Assembly: GCA_048882505.1 (NCBI GenBank)
Contig: JBHLRO010000013.1
Coordinates: forward strand, 1-32,000
Length of the DNA stretch: 32,000 nucleotides
Reading direction: 5' to 3'
From: Candidatus Thorarchaeota archaeon
Lineage (GTDB): Archaea; Asgardarchaeota; Heimdallarchaeia; Hodarchaeales; Hodarchaeaceae
The translations under genes were made by a program, and so were the position numbers. The notes under the pieces are model-generated. The model made no database searches. It was not told the DNA's origin and saw only the letters and a program-made list of their open reading frames with translations. Shown here in pieces: positions 1 to 9,708 of this stretch (positions are counted from its first letter, which is position 1; each line of letters starts with the position of its first letter).

Positions 1-918
1 ATTTCACGGGAGGAGTATATGGAGCAATATGGACACCGAGATCCGAATGAGAATTATCTGATTTATCCGCGGCCGGCGGAAGAGTCAGATTGGCTCGATA
101 AAAAACTTCTCGAATATCAAAGTTCCCCCATCGACTTCGAGAGTATTTTAACCAAACGTCAGGTAGAATTTGACGCGGCTACGGAGGTTTTAAGAAAAAC
201 GGTGAAACCCAGGAAGTTCAAATCCTATATGAAGCAGATCAGTAAACTAACTGAAGAGATGCACACGCGCGAAGAAGTACGATCAGAGCTCACACGCATT
301 ATTTGGATAATACGCCTCTATTTACTAAAGGTTGGAGAAATCACTGATCTTAGCGACGGAGTTTTTTATTTAGAGGAAGAAGAACTGTTAGATGTATTAT
401 CAGGAAATGAAGAAGTCCTCTCTCTGATTCCTCAAAGAAAAAAAATGTATAAGAGACTCATAAGTATTCCCCCAATACCTGGACTAATTAATGGAAGGTT
501 TACCGACCCATTCCAGTGGGCCAATGATCCCGAGAAACGAGTCGATTTTTTTGATTCTCATGCGACTTTGGATGTAAAAATTAATCGTAATCTAGTTGTC
601 GGAGTTCCTGGATCTTCTGGCCGTGTGGAAGGAATAGTCCGGATTATTAGTGACCCTGATGAGGGAGTAAATCTTCAACCGGGGGAAATCCTTGTCACTC
701 GAACCACGAATGTTGGCTGGACACCTCTTTTCACGAAAACTAGTGCCATTATCACGGATATTGGTGCACCCTTGTCCCACGCTGCAATAGTTGCACGTGA
801 ATTAGGAATTCCCGCAGTTGTTGGCTGTGTCGACGCGACCTCTCGATTACGGACTGGAGATAGAGTCCTATTAGATGGGGGAAATGGAACGGTAAGAATT
901 CTAGCCAAAGCCAGCTGA
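1..918 (+). CDS. 5'-truncated PEP-utilising enzyme with C-terminal phospho-His swivel domain (rifampicin phosphotransferase-like architecture)
   Basis: Frame is open from base 1 (ISREEY precedes the ORF-track Met at 19). Carries GEILVTRTTNVGWTPLF...TDIGAPLSHAAIVARELGIPAVVG, the mobile His-domain motif. The protein ends right after this domain, unlike PpsA/PPDK. Confidence 0.8.
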   Translation: MSREEYMEQYGHRDPNENYLIYPRPAEESDWLDKKLLEYQSSPIDFESILTKRQVEFDAATEVLRKTVKPRKFKSYMKQISKLTEEMHTREEVRSELTRIIWIIRLYLLKVGEITDLSDGVFYLEEEELLDVLSGNEEVLSLIPQRKKMYKRLISIPPIPGLINGRFTDPFQWANDPEKRVDFFDSHATLDVKINRNLVVGVPGSSGRVEGIVRIISDPDEGVNLQPGEILVTRTTNVGWTPLFTKTSAIITDIGAPLSHAAIVARELGIPAVVGCVDATSRLRTGDRVLLDGGNGTVRILAKAS

Positions 919-928
919 GGATATCTCG

Positions 929-2326
929 ATGATGAATAAAGCCGAGGTTCGAAGCCAGGATTTCAATCCAAAATGGAATTTGATTTCGCTTTACCTAGCT
1001 AGCTTTATTATTGTCACAGGGTTCTCGGTAATCATCCCATTTTTCCCCATCTATGCGAATGATGTTCTGTATGAATTCGAAGTTATAGGTTTCATTGTGG
1101 GCGTGGCACTCCAAATTGGCTTGATTACTGCCGCTTCCAAATTCGTCCAGATCTTCCTTACCCCAGCATTTGGAGATCTCTCAGATGAGGTTGGTCGGAA
1201 ACCGCTGATCTTGGTTGGAATGTCCCTCTATACCATTTTAATGGTGGGATACGGACTTGCTTACGATTTTTTTACCCTGTTCGTTCTTAGAATGTGTCAA
1301 GGTATCGGTTCGGCTTCAGTGTGGCCTATTGGTGAAGCACTAGTGGTAGATACTTCCAAAGAAGAGGATCGTGGAAAGAATCTAGGGTACTACATGTTTT
1401 CCATGCTTATAGGATTAACTTTAGGCCCCTTCCTTGGATATGGCATCTTTACTGTTTTTGATACTTTAAGTTTCTCCATTCTCGATTCCTATAGGTTGAC
1501 TTTCCTTTCTGTAGGCATATTTGGAATAATCGCAACCATCATGGTCATTGTATTTGTCAAAGATCCTCGTCAGCTGGGTGTAGAGCCAGAATCGATTCTT
1601 TCCCTCTATGGTTCCTCCATTCGTGCTATGTTTGTCAAAATCGTTCAAAGCCCCAGAATCCTGATCCAAAGCTTATCTTCAGAGGACGGTTATCGAACTC
1701 GCAGTATCTACACTCTTTATGTGGTTGCACTAGTAAATGGACTTGGAATGGCACTCCTTCTACCGATTGGTGCCCTGTTTCTAGAAGATTATTATAGATT
1801 GGATGCAGGGAGCATTGCCCTTGTATTAGGAGTTATTGGTGCTCTTGCTCTGATTGGAGCACCTCTAGGAGGGTACATAAGCGATAAGTATGGACAAAAA
1901 AGAACGGTTTGGATCACAGGTATATTTGGTGGAGGGATGATGTTCTTATTAGGTATCCAAACAACGATTTGGATGTTAGTGCTCCTCTTTACGTTAAGAC
2001 GCTTCCTCTTCAGCATTCTTTCGCCCTCGTTTAGGTCCCTGCAAAGTAGCTTGACTCCGGAAGCAGTTAGGGGAAAAGAGTTTGGTGTAGTACAATCAGC
2101 TAATAACCTAGGATCCGTAATCGGCCCAATTCTTGGAGGTTATCTATATGATCTATTTTTCGGCCTTAATATCGATCTAGGAGGTGGTTTGGTTTTCATT
2201 GGCGCTGGTGTTACATTTACTGTTTCCGGATTCTTCGCTATAATTGCTATGATCCTTGTTGTTCTTTATGTTAAACCTAACGAATTGGAACCAGAATCTT
2301 CGTTGATTTTGAGCACTCCTGCTTAA
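929..2326 (+). CDS. MFS transporter, DHA1/TetA-like
   Basis: About 12 hydrophobic segments; MFS motif A twice (GDLSDEVGRKP, GYISDKYGQKR); GxxLGPxxG motif C-like segments; 10 bp after the upstream gene. Confidence 0.9.
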   Translation: MMNKAEVRSQDFNPKWNLISLYLASFIIVTGFSVIIPFFPIYANDVLYEFEVIGFIVGVALQIGLITAASKFVQIFLTPAFGDLSDEVGRKPLILVGMSLYTILMVGYGLAYDFFTLFVLRMCQGIGSASVWPIGEALVVDTSKEEDRGKNLGYYMFSMLIGLTLGPFLGYGIFTVFDTLSFSILDSYRLTFLSVGIFGIIATIMVIVFVKDPRQLGVEPESILSLYGSSIRAMFVKIVQSPRILIQSLSSEDGYRTRSIYTLYVVALVNGLGMALLLPIGALFLEDYYRLDAGSIALVLGVIGALALIGAPLGGYISDKYGQKRTVWITGIFGGGMMFLLGIQTTIWMLVLLFTLRRFLFSILSPSFRSLQSSLTPEAVRGKEFGVVQSANNLGSVIGPILGGYLYDLFFGLNIDLGGGLVFIGAGVTFTVSGFFAIIAMILVVLYVKPNELEPESSLILSTPA

Positions 2327-2484
2327 ACTACTATTGAAGAATTGTTTTTACCGTAAATGGGCTTACACATTTGTTGCTCAATTTGAATTCACTAAATGCA
2401 TTTTGAGCTATAAAACAAAAGATGCGGCAACTTCCAGCCCGTTACCTCAATCGAGGATACAAAACTCAGGCGGTGAAAAACCGA

Positions 2485-3015
2485 ATGAAAAATCAAAAAA
2501 AGGGTATTCTCCTGGGAGTAACCTTCCTTCTAACAATACTCCTCCTTGGAATTGGACACGTGCAAGCAAAGGCTACAACGACATCCTTTGAGACCTTAGA
2601 GTTTCTTACAGGTCCACCAGGCGCTCCTGAAAAAGTTTGGGTTGAAGATGGTACACTGTACATACGTAACCAATTGTTTGTTTTCGCTGTTGTTGAAGGT
2701 GATCTCAGCGGAATAGTGGAATACTGTGGAAATTGGAATATTGATCTGGCCACCATGTCAGGTGTTGGTTGGGGATCTAATTCTTTTATTGGTGAATGGG
2801 TAACTGAGAGCCCATATACTGGGCCTGTAGGTTGGCTTGGCCATTCTGTGATCAAAGTTACAGGTTTTGGTGGTCCCGACATGTTCGTATCAGGAAAATA
2901 TCTTGGCCACGGAACAGCAGGTTTCGAAGGAATGCTTATTAAGGGAATCTTTGAAACAGATCCAGTGACGGGTGGAACCTTTCTCTCAGGGACAGTTCTC
3001 AATCCACAGGGATAA
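2485..3015 (+). CDS. Secreted Gly-rich all-beta protein (176 aa), possibly AOC-barrel/DUF3224-like
   Basis: ATG 2485 preceded by GGCGGTGA (2469-2476). N-terminal signal peptide MKNQKKGILLGVTFLLTILLLGIGHVQA. Alternating beta pattern and GHGTAGFEG motif. Fold call is by eye only. Confidence 0.7.
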   Translation: MKNQKKGILLGVTFLLTILLLGIGHVQAKATTTSFETLEFLTGPPGAPEKVWVEDGTLYIRNQLFVFAVVEGDLSGIVEYCGNWNIDLATMSGVGWGSNSFIGEWVTESPYTGPVGWLGHSVIKVTGFGGPDMFVSGKYLGHGTAGFEGMLIKGIFETDPVTGGTFLSGTVLNPQG

Positions 3016-3024
3016 TAAATTAGG

Positions 3025-3058
3025 AGGCTCAAAAGGGAAATTGAGCCTTTTTTTTTTT
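3025..3058 (+). terminator. Stem-loop plus poly-T intrinsic terminator
   Basis: AGGCTCAA (3025-3032), 8-nt loop, TTGAGCCT (3041-3048), then a T run to 3058; starts 9 nt after the stop at 3015. Confidence 0.75.
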
Positions 3059-3262
3059 CATTTCAACTTATTTGATGAAAAATTACGCTTCCAGGTTCAA
3101 AGAAAAGAACAAAACTTGGATTTTGTCTCCTCTATTGATCCAAATCGCTGAAATCTTAAAACCTTCATTCTTACCTCTCAAAAACTTTTTAAATGTCGAG
3201 ATCGGGACAAAAAAGTATTCTCAAAGGGAATTTTATGATTAAAGTTAAGAGGAAGATCCAAA

Positions 3263-4108
3263 ATGGAGTCTTTGGCGATACTAAGTCATAAGGGAGGTGT
3301 GGGTAAAACCAGCATTGCGGTGAATCTCGCTGTATATTTGACGAGGTGTGGGAAAAACGTCTGTTTGATGGATAGCGATTTTCACGGTCCATCCATCTTA
3401 ACGTTTTTTGAACCAAATCCAGCGACCAGCTGGATCAATGCTTACTTGAAAGGAGAATCACCATTAGAATCATGTCTACAAGAAGTAGGATCTGATTTAG
3501 GATTATCTAGCAAATTATTCGTAGCATTTGCCGACCCAACATCCGAAGCGATCAGAGATGTACTCCAGTTAGATGAGAATATGGCTATCAAAATGTTGCA
3601 TTTTCTAATGACAATGAAAAATGCTCTGAAAGGGCCTCCATATGAAGTTGATTATCTGATTATCGATAGTTCTCCGGGAGTAGGATTGTTTACGGTTAAT
3701 TTAATGGTTGCAAGTGAAGTAATCCTCTTTGTTGTAAAATTAAACAATGCAGATTTAGTTGGAGCGTCGTATATGATTGCTGGCCTGCAAAAACAGCTAA
3801 CAAATCGTGCCTTGCTTATAGCTAATCAGATTCCCCTGAAATTCTTCAACAACCAACAGAAAAAGAAAGATTTTCAATATTTAATAGAAACACTCTTTGA
3901 AAAGCGACTAGGAAATAAAATCGTAGAATTCCTAGGTTGGATTCCTAATGATACCGATCTGATGATTGATGAATTCGAAATAGCTATCAAGAACTTGAAG
4001 GGAAGTCCCATTAAAAGGACGATTCATAGTTTAGAGAAGCCAAATCATATTATTTCCGAAATAATAGAGGAAATTACCGGTCAAATCTTTGGAGATCCAA
4101 TTAAATGA
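3263..4108 (+). CDS. MinD/ParA-family ATPase
   Basis: Deviant Walker A HKGGVGKTS, switch I DSDFHGPS, Walker B/switch II IIDSSPG. Confidence 0.88.
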   Translation: MESLAILSHKGGVGKTSIAVNLAVYLTRCGKNVCLMDSDFHGPSILTFFEPNPATSWINAYLKGESPLESCLQEVGSDLGLSSKLFVAFADPTSEAIRDVLQLDENMAIKMLHFLMTMKNALKGPPYEVDYLIIDSSPGVGLFTVNLMVASEVILFVVKLNNADLVGASYMIAGLQKQLTNRALLIANQIPLKFFNNQQKKKDFQYLIETLFEKRLGNKIVEFLGWIPNDTDLMIDEFEIAIKNLKGSPIKRTIHSLEKPNHIISEIIEEITGQIFGDPIK

Positions 4109-4740
4109 TTATTTATGCTGTTTACGTTATATCTATCACTGGAAAGCCTATAGTATCAGAGAAATTCCAATCTGCATCTTCTATCCCGCGCGAAGCTTTA
4201 CTTGCAGGATTGTTGACGGCAATTCAAGGCGCTACCACAGAAATTACAGTGAATAAATCAGAATTAAACACAATTGTGGTTGATAATCTCTCATACCACT
4301 TTAAAACATTCGGACGCTACCAGATAGTATTGGTCTCAGATATCTCTAAATCACCTGAAAATGTTCTGAAGAGAATTGGACTCCGTTTTATGAAAGAATA
4401 CGGGGAAAAACTACTAGAAGGGGATTTAAATAATCAAACATTCACCCCTTTTATCAAAACTATTCGTGAAGTTGTTCAAGAAGAATCTTACATAGATAAT
4501 TTGAAAATGATAGATCCTACTGAAAAATTCAGTCCCAAAGTGCTATATGAACTTCCTAATTCTCTGCGTACTGTTGCTGTCACTATGATCACGCTAAAAG
4601 AAGGGAATCTCGATCAAATTGCCGAGGAAAGCGGGAAAGACGTGGATGAAACAAAAAACCTACTATTTTCCCTTCAAGAACTGGGTTTGATTGGGAAAAG
4701 AATAACGAATGGGAACGCCATCTATTTTTGTTCATTTTAA
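4105..4740 (+). CDS. Longin-like domain fused to a C-terminal winged HTH
   Basis: N-terminal beta-beta-alpha-beta-beta-beta-alpha pattern (YAVYVISITGKPIV...LLAGLLTAIQ...SYHFKTFGRYQIVLVSD). C-terminal HTH (NLDQIAEESGKDVDETKNLLFSLQELGLI). ATGA overlap with the ATPase stop at 4105-4108. Confidence 0.7.
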   Translation: MIIYAVYVISITGKPIVSEKFQSASSIPREALLAGLLTAIQGATTEITVNKSELNTIVVDNLSYHFKTFGRYQIVLVSDISKSPENVLKRIGLRFMKEYGEKLLEGDLNNQTFTPFIKTIREVVQEESYIDNLKMIDPTEKFSPKVLYELPNSLRTVAVTMITLKEGNLDQIAEESGKDVDETKNLLFSLQELGLIGKRITNGNAIYFCSF

Positions 4741-4778
4741 CCAATCATTAGCAAATCGAAACGCGAACTCCTCCTCAT

Positions 4779-6707
4779 TCAACCATAAACCTGATGTTTT
4801 GACAGTACTCGTTTTATAAACGTCCAGTTCAATAGTTGAACCTGATTGAGACTGCTTAGTTTGGTTTCATCTAACGTCCATTCACCTAAACGTTTGAGTT
4901 CCTCAATGGGTATGTTTAACTGTACCAAAGATAACTGACCAACTTTATTTAATTCAAATCGGGCGTTTTTTCTTAACCAGTCAAGGAATTCGGTTAGAGG
5001 AGGTAATTTATCATCAGAGAATTTACTCCAAAACGAGTATATTGTCGGAAGACAGGTTCTGAAAATATCTAAAGTTGTGTTTAAGATATCTTCAGATTGG
5101 GGGGATAACATCGAATTGCATACTTCTTGGGCCCATTCAACATGGTAACACGAGATTTCCGGTTCCCGTACCAAGCTTCCTGATATACTTCTATATCTAA
5201 TGGGAGGAAGTAATCTACTTGTTGGATTTGTCCAAGTACTTAACAAATACAGGGTTTCTTCCTCCCAGTTCTGATATAATTCCATCAATTTCTTTCCCAG
5301 TGCCTTATCTAGAAATGCAAAAAGGTCAGACTTCAGAATATTTGTTTCTCCTCGTATAATATATAGATAAGAGATTAAAGTGTAGAGTAACAGAGGAAAA
5401 AAATCCTTAACTGCTGATTTTTGGAAGTTTGTCAAAGCTGATCTAAGAAATCCTAGTGAAACGACCATAGACCAAGGTGAAGTATATTTAATTTCGGAAT
5501 CAAGCTCCTCTGGTTTCTTAAACCACGGGATCAGATCTACTAAGACATCAAGAGCAACCCATTTTATCCATTCAGAAAAATAGGGTTTCCAATCATTCCA
5601 AACTGAGTTTAAATCTAGATTTAGTGATATGTCTAGCGGTTGCAATTCCTTTTTCAAATACTCGACTGAAGACTTATATTCACGCCCTTCTGAAGTAATT
5701 TGAGTTGAAGATGGGAAGAGAGAGTTCGTAAATGCAATCAGAATTGACCAAGATTGACTTCCGGCATCAGCGATCAACTTTTTGATATAATTCAGTGTTT
5801 TTAAGGAAGCCAAATGGAGATCTTCTATAATAACCAACCAGGAGGATTCGGTACCTATTTGGGGAATGTTCTCTTTTAAAATCTCATAAAGGGATTCCCA
5901 CTCATTTTTTTTCATATCACTGGGGTTTTCAACAAACAAAACTGGGGTTCGGTATGAACGCGCCCACCAACTCGCGAAATACAACAAAATTCGACTCTTA
6001 CCCATTCCCGTTGTAGCAAATAATCCGCCCTTACCTCGTGGAAGCAATGTATGCAATAGAGCAGAAAAAACGCTCTCTAGGGGAGGGACAGTGATCGAGG
6101 CATCCATCAATCCAAAGTCTTGGAGACCTCTTGTACCATAAGCGAGTTTCAACAATCGTTCTTCCAACCATTCCCTAGATCGTTCATCTTTAGTGATTGG
6201 ATTAAATTCACTGATGAATGTCTTAATCCAATCTTTGGGGTGTTGAGCTAGCGAAATGGGGTTAGGTAAGGAGAGAACGTAATTATCTGTCATAAATTCA
6301 GAATTTTTTCCGTAATATAACGGAAATGTCCTGACACTCGGAGGGAGGCCTTCGGGTCTAGTATAAATTGCTAATGGATACTTAGTTGGCTTGAGGACTG
6401 AACTATTATCCTCAAAGCTCCTCTCCTCATCCTCGGGTAGAAAATAATCCTTTTGATCCGATTCGTAAGCTTCAATAAATCTTAGCGTATTTAATCCGAA
6501 CTCCGTCAGTTCGTAATTGCTCTCGTGTTTGATTATCAATTTTGCCTCTACTAATTTCTTCAAGTGAAAAGCGAATTTACTACCGCTAGTTCCCTTGAAG
6601 TTGGCTAATAATTCTGTATATGACAATCTACGGAAATTTAGCTGAGTGACAATGTTAAACCTAATCTGATGACTGAGAACTTCGAAGATTCTTGTGGTTT
6701 TTTTCAT
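4779..6707 (-). CDS. ArsR-like winged HTH fused to a P-loop NTPase (STAND-like), 642 aa from ATG 6707
   Basis: N-terminal FEVLSHQIRFNIV...YTELL...SKFAFHLKKLVEAKLI; Walker A variant ATTGMGKS; Walker B-like WLVIIEDLH. The ORF track starts 7 codons earlier, at 6728. Confidence 0.72.
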   Translation of the reverse strand: MKKTTRIFEVLSHQIRFNIVTQLNFRRLSYTELLANFKGTSGSKFAFHLKKLVEAKLIIKHESNYELTEFGLNTLRFIEAYESDQKDYFLPEDEERSFEDNSSVLKPTKYPLAIYTRPEGLPPSVRTFPLYYGKNSEFMTDNYVLSLPNPISLAQHPKDWIKTFISEFNPITKDERSREWLEERLLKLAYGTRGLQDFGLMDASITVPPLESVFSALLHTLLPRGKGGLFATTGMGKSRILLYFASWWARSYRTPVLFVENPSDMKKNEWESLYEILKENIPQIGTESSWLVIIEDLHLASLKTLNYIKKLIADAGSQSWSILIAFTNSLFPSSTQITSEGREYKSSVEYLKKELQPLDISLNLDLNSVWNDWKPYFSEWIKWVALDVLVDLIPWFKKPEELDSEIKYTSPWSMVVSLGFLRSALTNFQKSAVKDFFPLLLYTLISYLYIIRGETNILKSDLFAFLDKALGKKLMELYQNWEEETLYLLSTWTNPTSRLLPPIRYRSISGSLVREPEISCYHVEWAQEVCNSMLSPQSEDILNTTLDIFRTCLPTIYSFWSKFSDDKLPPLTEFLDWLRKNARFELNKVGQLSLVQLNIPIEELKRLGEWTLDETKLSSLNQVQLLNWTFIKRVLSKHQVYG

Positions 6708-6901
6708 TTTCCAGTTGATTGTAACCAACCAATTAAAATCCTTCCAATCTTAACTAGGTATCCCATTAGCACTCTCAGGTCTATTTTGTTATCCAAAATC
6801 CAAATCATTGTCATTAGATTTAACTTGAGTAACCCAAAAGTAGGAGAGTCGATTACTTGGCAAAAAAAATGAAATTTCGCTTTGAAATGCTAAAAGAACC
6901 T

Positions 6902-7341
6902 TTAGGTATCTTTTTTTCCGATCGTTTTTAGCAACCAGTAAGTTCCCTTATATTAGACCCAACCCTCATAATAACGGAGAATCTGGTTGTGATTAAATGC
7001 TAAATCGATCTTGAGGGCCTCTGATAGCGTACATTTCCATATTTCTTTAGCATCAGTTCCTGCTTGGGGACTCCCCTATACTCACAGATGAATACCGTGG
7101 ATATAATCCTTCTCCGTGGATCTCGCGCTGGATCAGAAAACACTCCCAGAATCCCTAATGGAACTACTTTGACTCCGACCTCTTCATTCGTCTCTCCCAG
7201 TAGAGTTTCTCTACTGATTCAGCCTCATCAACAATCCCCCCAGAGAAGTGCCAAATACCTTTGAAATGGAGAACCAAGCCATTTAATCAAATTTAACTTG
7301 TACGTTTTGTTCTTTAGAATTCCATCAACCACACGTAACAT
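6902..7341 (-). pseudogene. Degraded Nudix hydrolase, paralogue of 9942-10391
   Basis: Manual translation gives MLRVVDGILKNK...GIWHFSGGIVDEAESVE..LLGETNEEVGV...FSDPARDPRRRIISTVFICEY...AGTDAKE...LAFNH...GTYWLLK. It needs a +1 shift (~7260-7262) and two -1 shifts (~7206-7211, ~7066-7069), and has an in-frame TAA at 6953-6955. About 78/146 residues are identical to the intact copy by hand alignment. Confidence 0.9.
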
Positions 7342-7431
7342 TTTTTAAACCATTGAACGAAAGAGACATTGATGAGGGACTATTAGGGGAGTAAACATCT
7401 CGAAAAGAGAAATCTTTGATTGACGGTTCAC

Positions 7432-9597
7432 TTATTTTATCTGTACGTTAGATATCTCTTCCTTATTTAGGTCAGACGTCGTTTCAAGTACGATTTTTCG
7501 TGCCTTCGAGAAATAGCTTTCCACTTTCAACCGTTTCATCTTTTCAATGATGGGTAGATTTTGAGCCAGTAATTTTTCTAAATTGCCCAAATTTTCATGG
7601 AAATGGTCATACTCCTCTTGAATCTTCAGTTTTAGAATAGTTACGTTACTAGAGTTGGCCAAATCCATTGCTTTTCCAATGAACAATTCTGCGTCCATAA
7701 AGTTAGAATTAATAAGGGAAATTTTAGATTGTAATATAAGTGAATCGATTCTAAGTGTTACTGAATGCTGTTCCTCGGCTATCCCATCTAGATTTTTAGT
7801 GAGAACCATCAGTTCATCGATTACTTCCTGTTCTCCAAAGGATTTTGCTTCTAAAATTAATAAATCACATAAATTTAGCATAGCATTGACTTTTAACTCG
7901 AAGTTCGTTGTTTGAGCCTCTGCTACTTCTTTAAATAATTCCAAAGCCTTCGCTTTTTGGGACATACGAGGACTTTGCTTTGATATCAACCCTTCAGCGA
8001 ATTTACTACGTAAAACAACTTGCGGATTCGGAATAACTTCAACTAGCTTTTGCAAATTTTCTAGATACATTTGTGCGTCTTCTAAATCCTTCATTTCAAC
8101 CTTTAATGAGATTATATAGAAAGTTACAAGAGAATTGAACAATTTGTCATCAATTTTCCTGTAATATTGCATGCTTGCGTTGTAATTTTGATTATATTTC
8201 AGACTTCTTTGAAAAAATAAGAATGCCTTCTCATGATCCCCTTGTGCTTGATGAATTAAGCCCAAATTCACAAGAGCTGCGGCTAAATGGTGAGACGCAG
8301 CTCCACCTACTTCTAAAACATTAACGCATTTATTATAATAGCTTAGCGCAGAGGAAAAATCGCCAATTGCCTTGTAAATATCACCAGTGATATTATAGGC
8401 GAGCCCCATATTAATGGGGTTCCCAATTTGCTCCACATATGTAGTACATTCTTCAAGATTTTCCAATGCAACTTGATAATCTCCGGACCATAGATGAGCT
8501 AAACCCTGATGTAGCAAAACTGTGGCATAGATATCTTTGCGTTTTTCTTTGATCGATAGATTGATAGCATCGTTATATTGGTCAAATGCTGTTTGAAATT
8601 CTCCTTTATCCCTATAAACATTTCCAATTAACGTTTTTGTCCATGCTCGATCAAGTTTGTGTCCTATGGTTTCTTCTAATGATAATTTATTCTGATATAT
8701 TTCCAGCGCTCTATTCAGATCCCCTCTACTTCGATAATAGTCGGCCAAAATATTTGCTGTTGTTATAACTCCCCAATGATAATGCATCTCTTCATACTTA
8801 CGTTTTTTTTCCTCAAAAAAAGCAATTGCACCCTCGTAATCTTCTTTCTTAGCAAATAGCTCCTGAAATAGTACAAATGACAGTTGAAGGTTAATGGTCC
8901 ATTGTTCCGTTTCAATTTCGTCTTGTATACTCTTTATCGCATACTCAAAAGCCTGTTCTAACTCTCCCACTTGAGATAGAACATTCCCCAATGACCAATT
9001 TGTAACTCCTATCCAGGAAGGATTTCCAACATGTTTGAAAATGTCCAAAGTAGTTAGGAACGATTCCATTGCGGGCTCAATTTCTCCACTCATAACATGT
9101 AGCCAGGACCGAATATAATGCGAAAATCCGATTAGCCACCCTATTTTGCTCTCTTCTGCCTTCTCAATACCTTGCAAAGCACATGTCATTGCTACCTCGC
9201 TCTGACCAAGCAAAAAACTATTGAACCCTTTTATGCTAAATAAAAAACCCTCCCAGTTTTGAAATCCCTTTAATTGCTCTCTATAATTACTCTGTACAAT
9301 TCTTTCAGCTTCTTCGATATATTTCATCGTTTCCCCTACATTTCTCCAGGTCCAAAGGGCAAAAACTAGGAGGGCATTCGCTATAAAAATAAGAGGTTGA
9401 TTATTGGTGGCTTTAGCTTCTTCATGGATGCTATCCATTATTTCCAAACCCAAATTATAAGATTCTTTCATCGTGAAACATATACCTTGAATCAGCTGCC
9501 CAATAGATTTATCTTCATCATCAAGCTTGTTCGCTTCTTCCATAACTTCAGAGATTTGGCCAGCATAGTATAACTCCAAAATTTCCTCAATTTTCAT
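7432..9597 (-). CDS. Long tetratricopeptide-repeat (TPR) protein, 721 aa from ATG 9597
   Basis: Repeated TPR consensus (e.g. LIGNVYRDKGEFQTAFDQY, ITGDIYKAIGDFSSALSYY, NLGLIHQAQGDHEKAFLFF). No HTH or enzymatic domain recognised. The ORF track uses TTG at 9612. Confidence 0.9.
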   Translation of the reverse strand: MKIEEILELYYAGQISEVMEEANKLDDEDKSIGQLIQGICFTMKESYNLGLEIMDSIHEEAKATNNQPLIFIANALLVFALWTWRNVGETMKYIEEAERIVQSNYREQLKGFQNWEGFLFSIKGFNSFLLGQSEVAMTCALQGIEKAEESKIGWLIGFSHYIRSWLHVMSGEIEPAMESFLTTLDIFKHVGNPSWIGVTNWSLGNVLSQVGELEQAFEYAIKSIQDEIETEQWTINLQLSFVLFQELFAKKEDYEGAIAFFEEKKRKYEEMHYHWGVITTANILADYYRSRGDLNRALEIYQNKLSLEETIGHKLDRAWTKTLIGNVYRDKGEFQTAFDQYNDAINLSIKEKRKDIYATVLLHQGLAHLWSGDYQVALENLEECTTYVEQIGNPINMGLAYNITGDIYKAIGDFSSALSYYNKCVNVLEVGGAASHHLAAALVNLGLIHQAQGDHEKAFLFFQRSLKYNQNYNASMQYYRKIDDKLFNSLVTFYIISLKVEMKDLEDAQMYLENLQKLVEVIPNPQVVLRSKFAEGLISKQSPRMSQKAKALELFKEVAEAQTTNFELKVNAMLNLCDLLILEAKSFGEQEVIDELMVLTKNLDGIAEEQHSVTLRIDSLILQSKISLINSNFMDAELFIGKAMDLANSSNVTILKLKIQEEYDHFHENLGNLEKLLAQNLPIIEKMKRLKVESYFSKARKIVLETTSDLNKEEISNVQIK

Positions 9598-9708
9598 AAG
9601 CCTTATTTTCAATGTGTGGACTTAAATATTTTATGTACAACTAGCATTAGATCAAGGATCTTCATATATCTATCTTTCCAATCCTCTTGCTCAACAAGAG
9701 TTATTGAA

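Noticed and set aside
2493-3032. 179-aa minus-strand ORF
   Set aside because: Shadow of the secreted-protein gene, which has the SD, signal peptide and terminator.
7064-7264. 66-aa plus-strand ORF in the ORF track
   Set aside because: Antisense shadow of the Nudix pseudogene.
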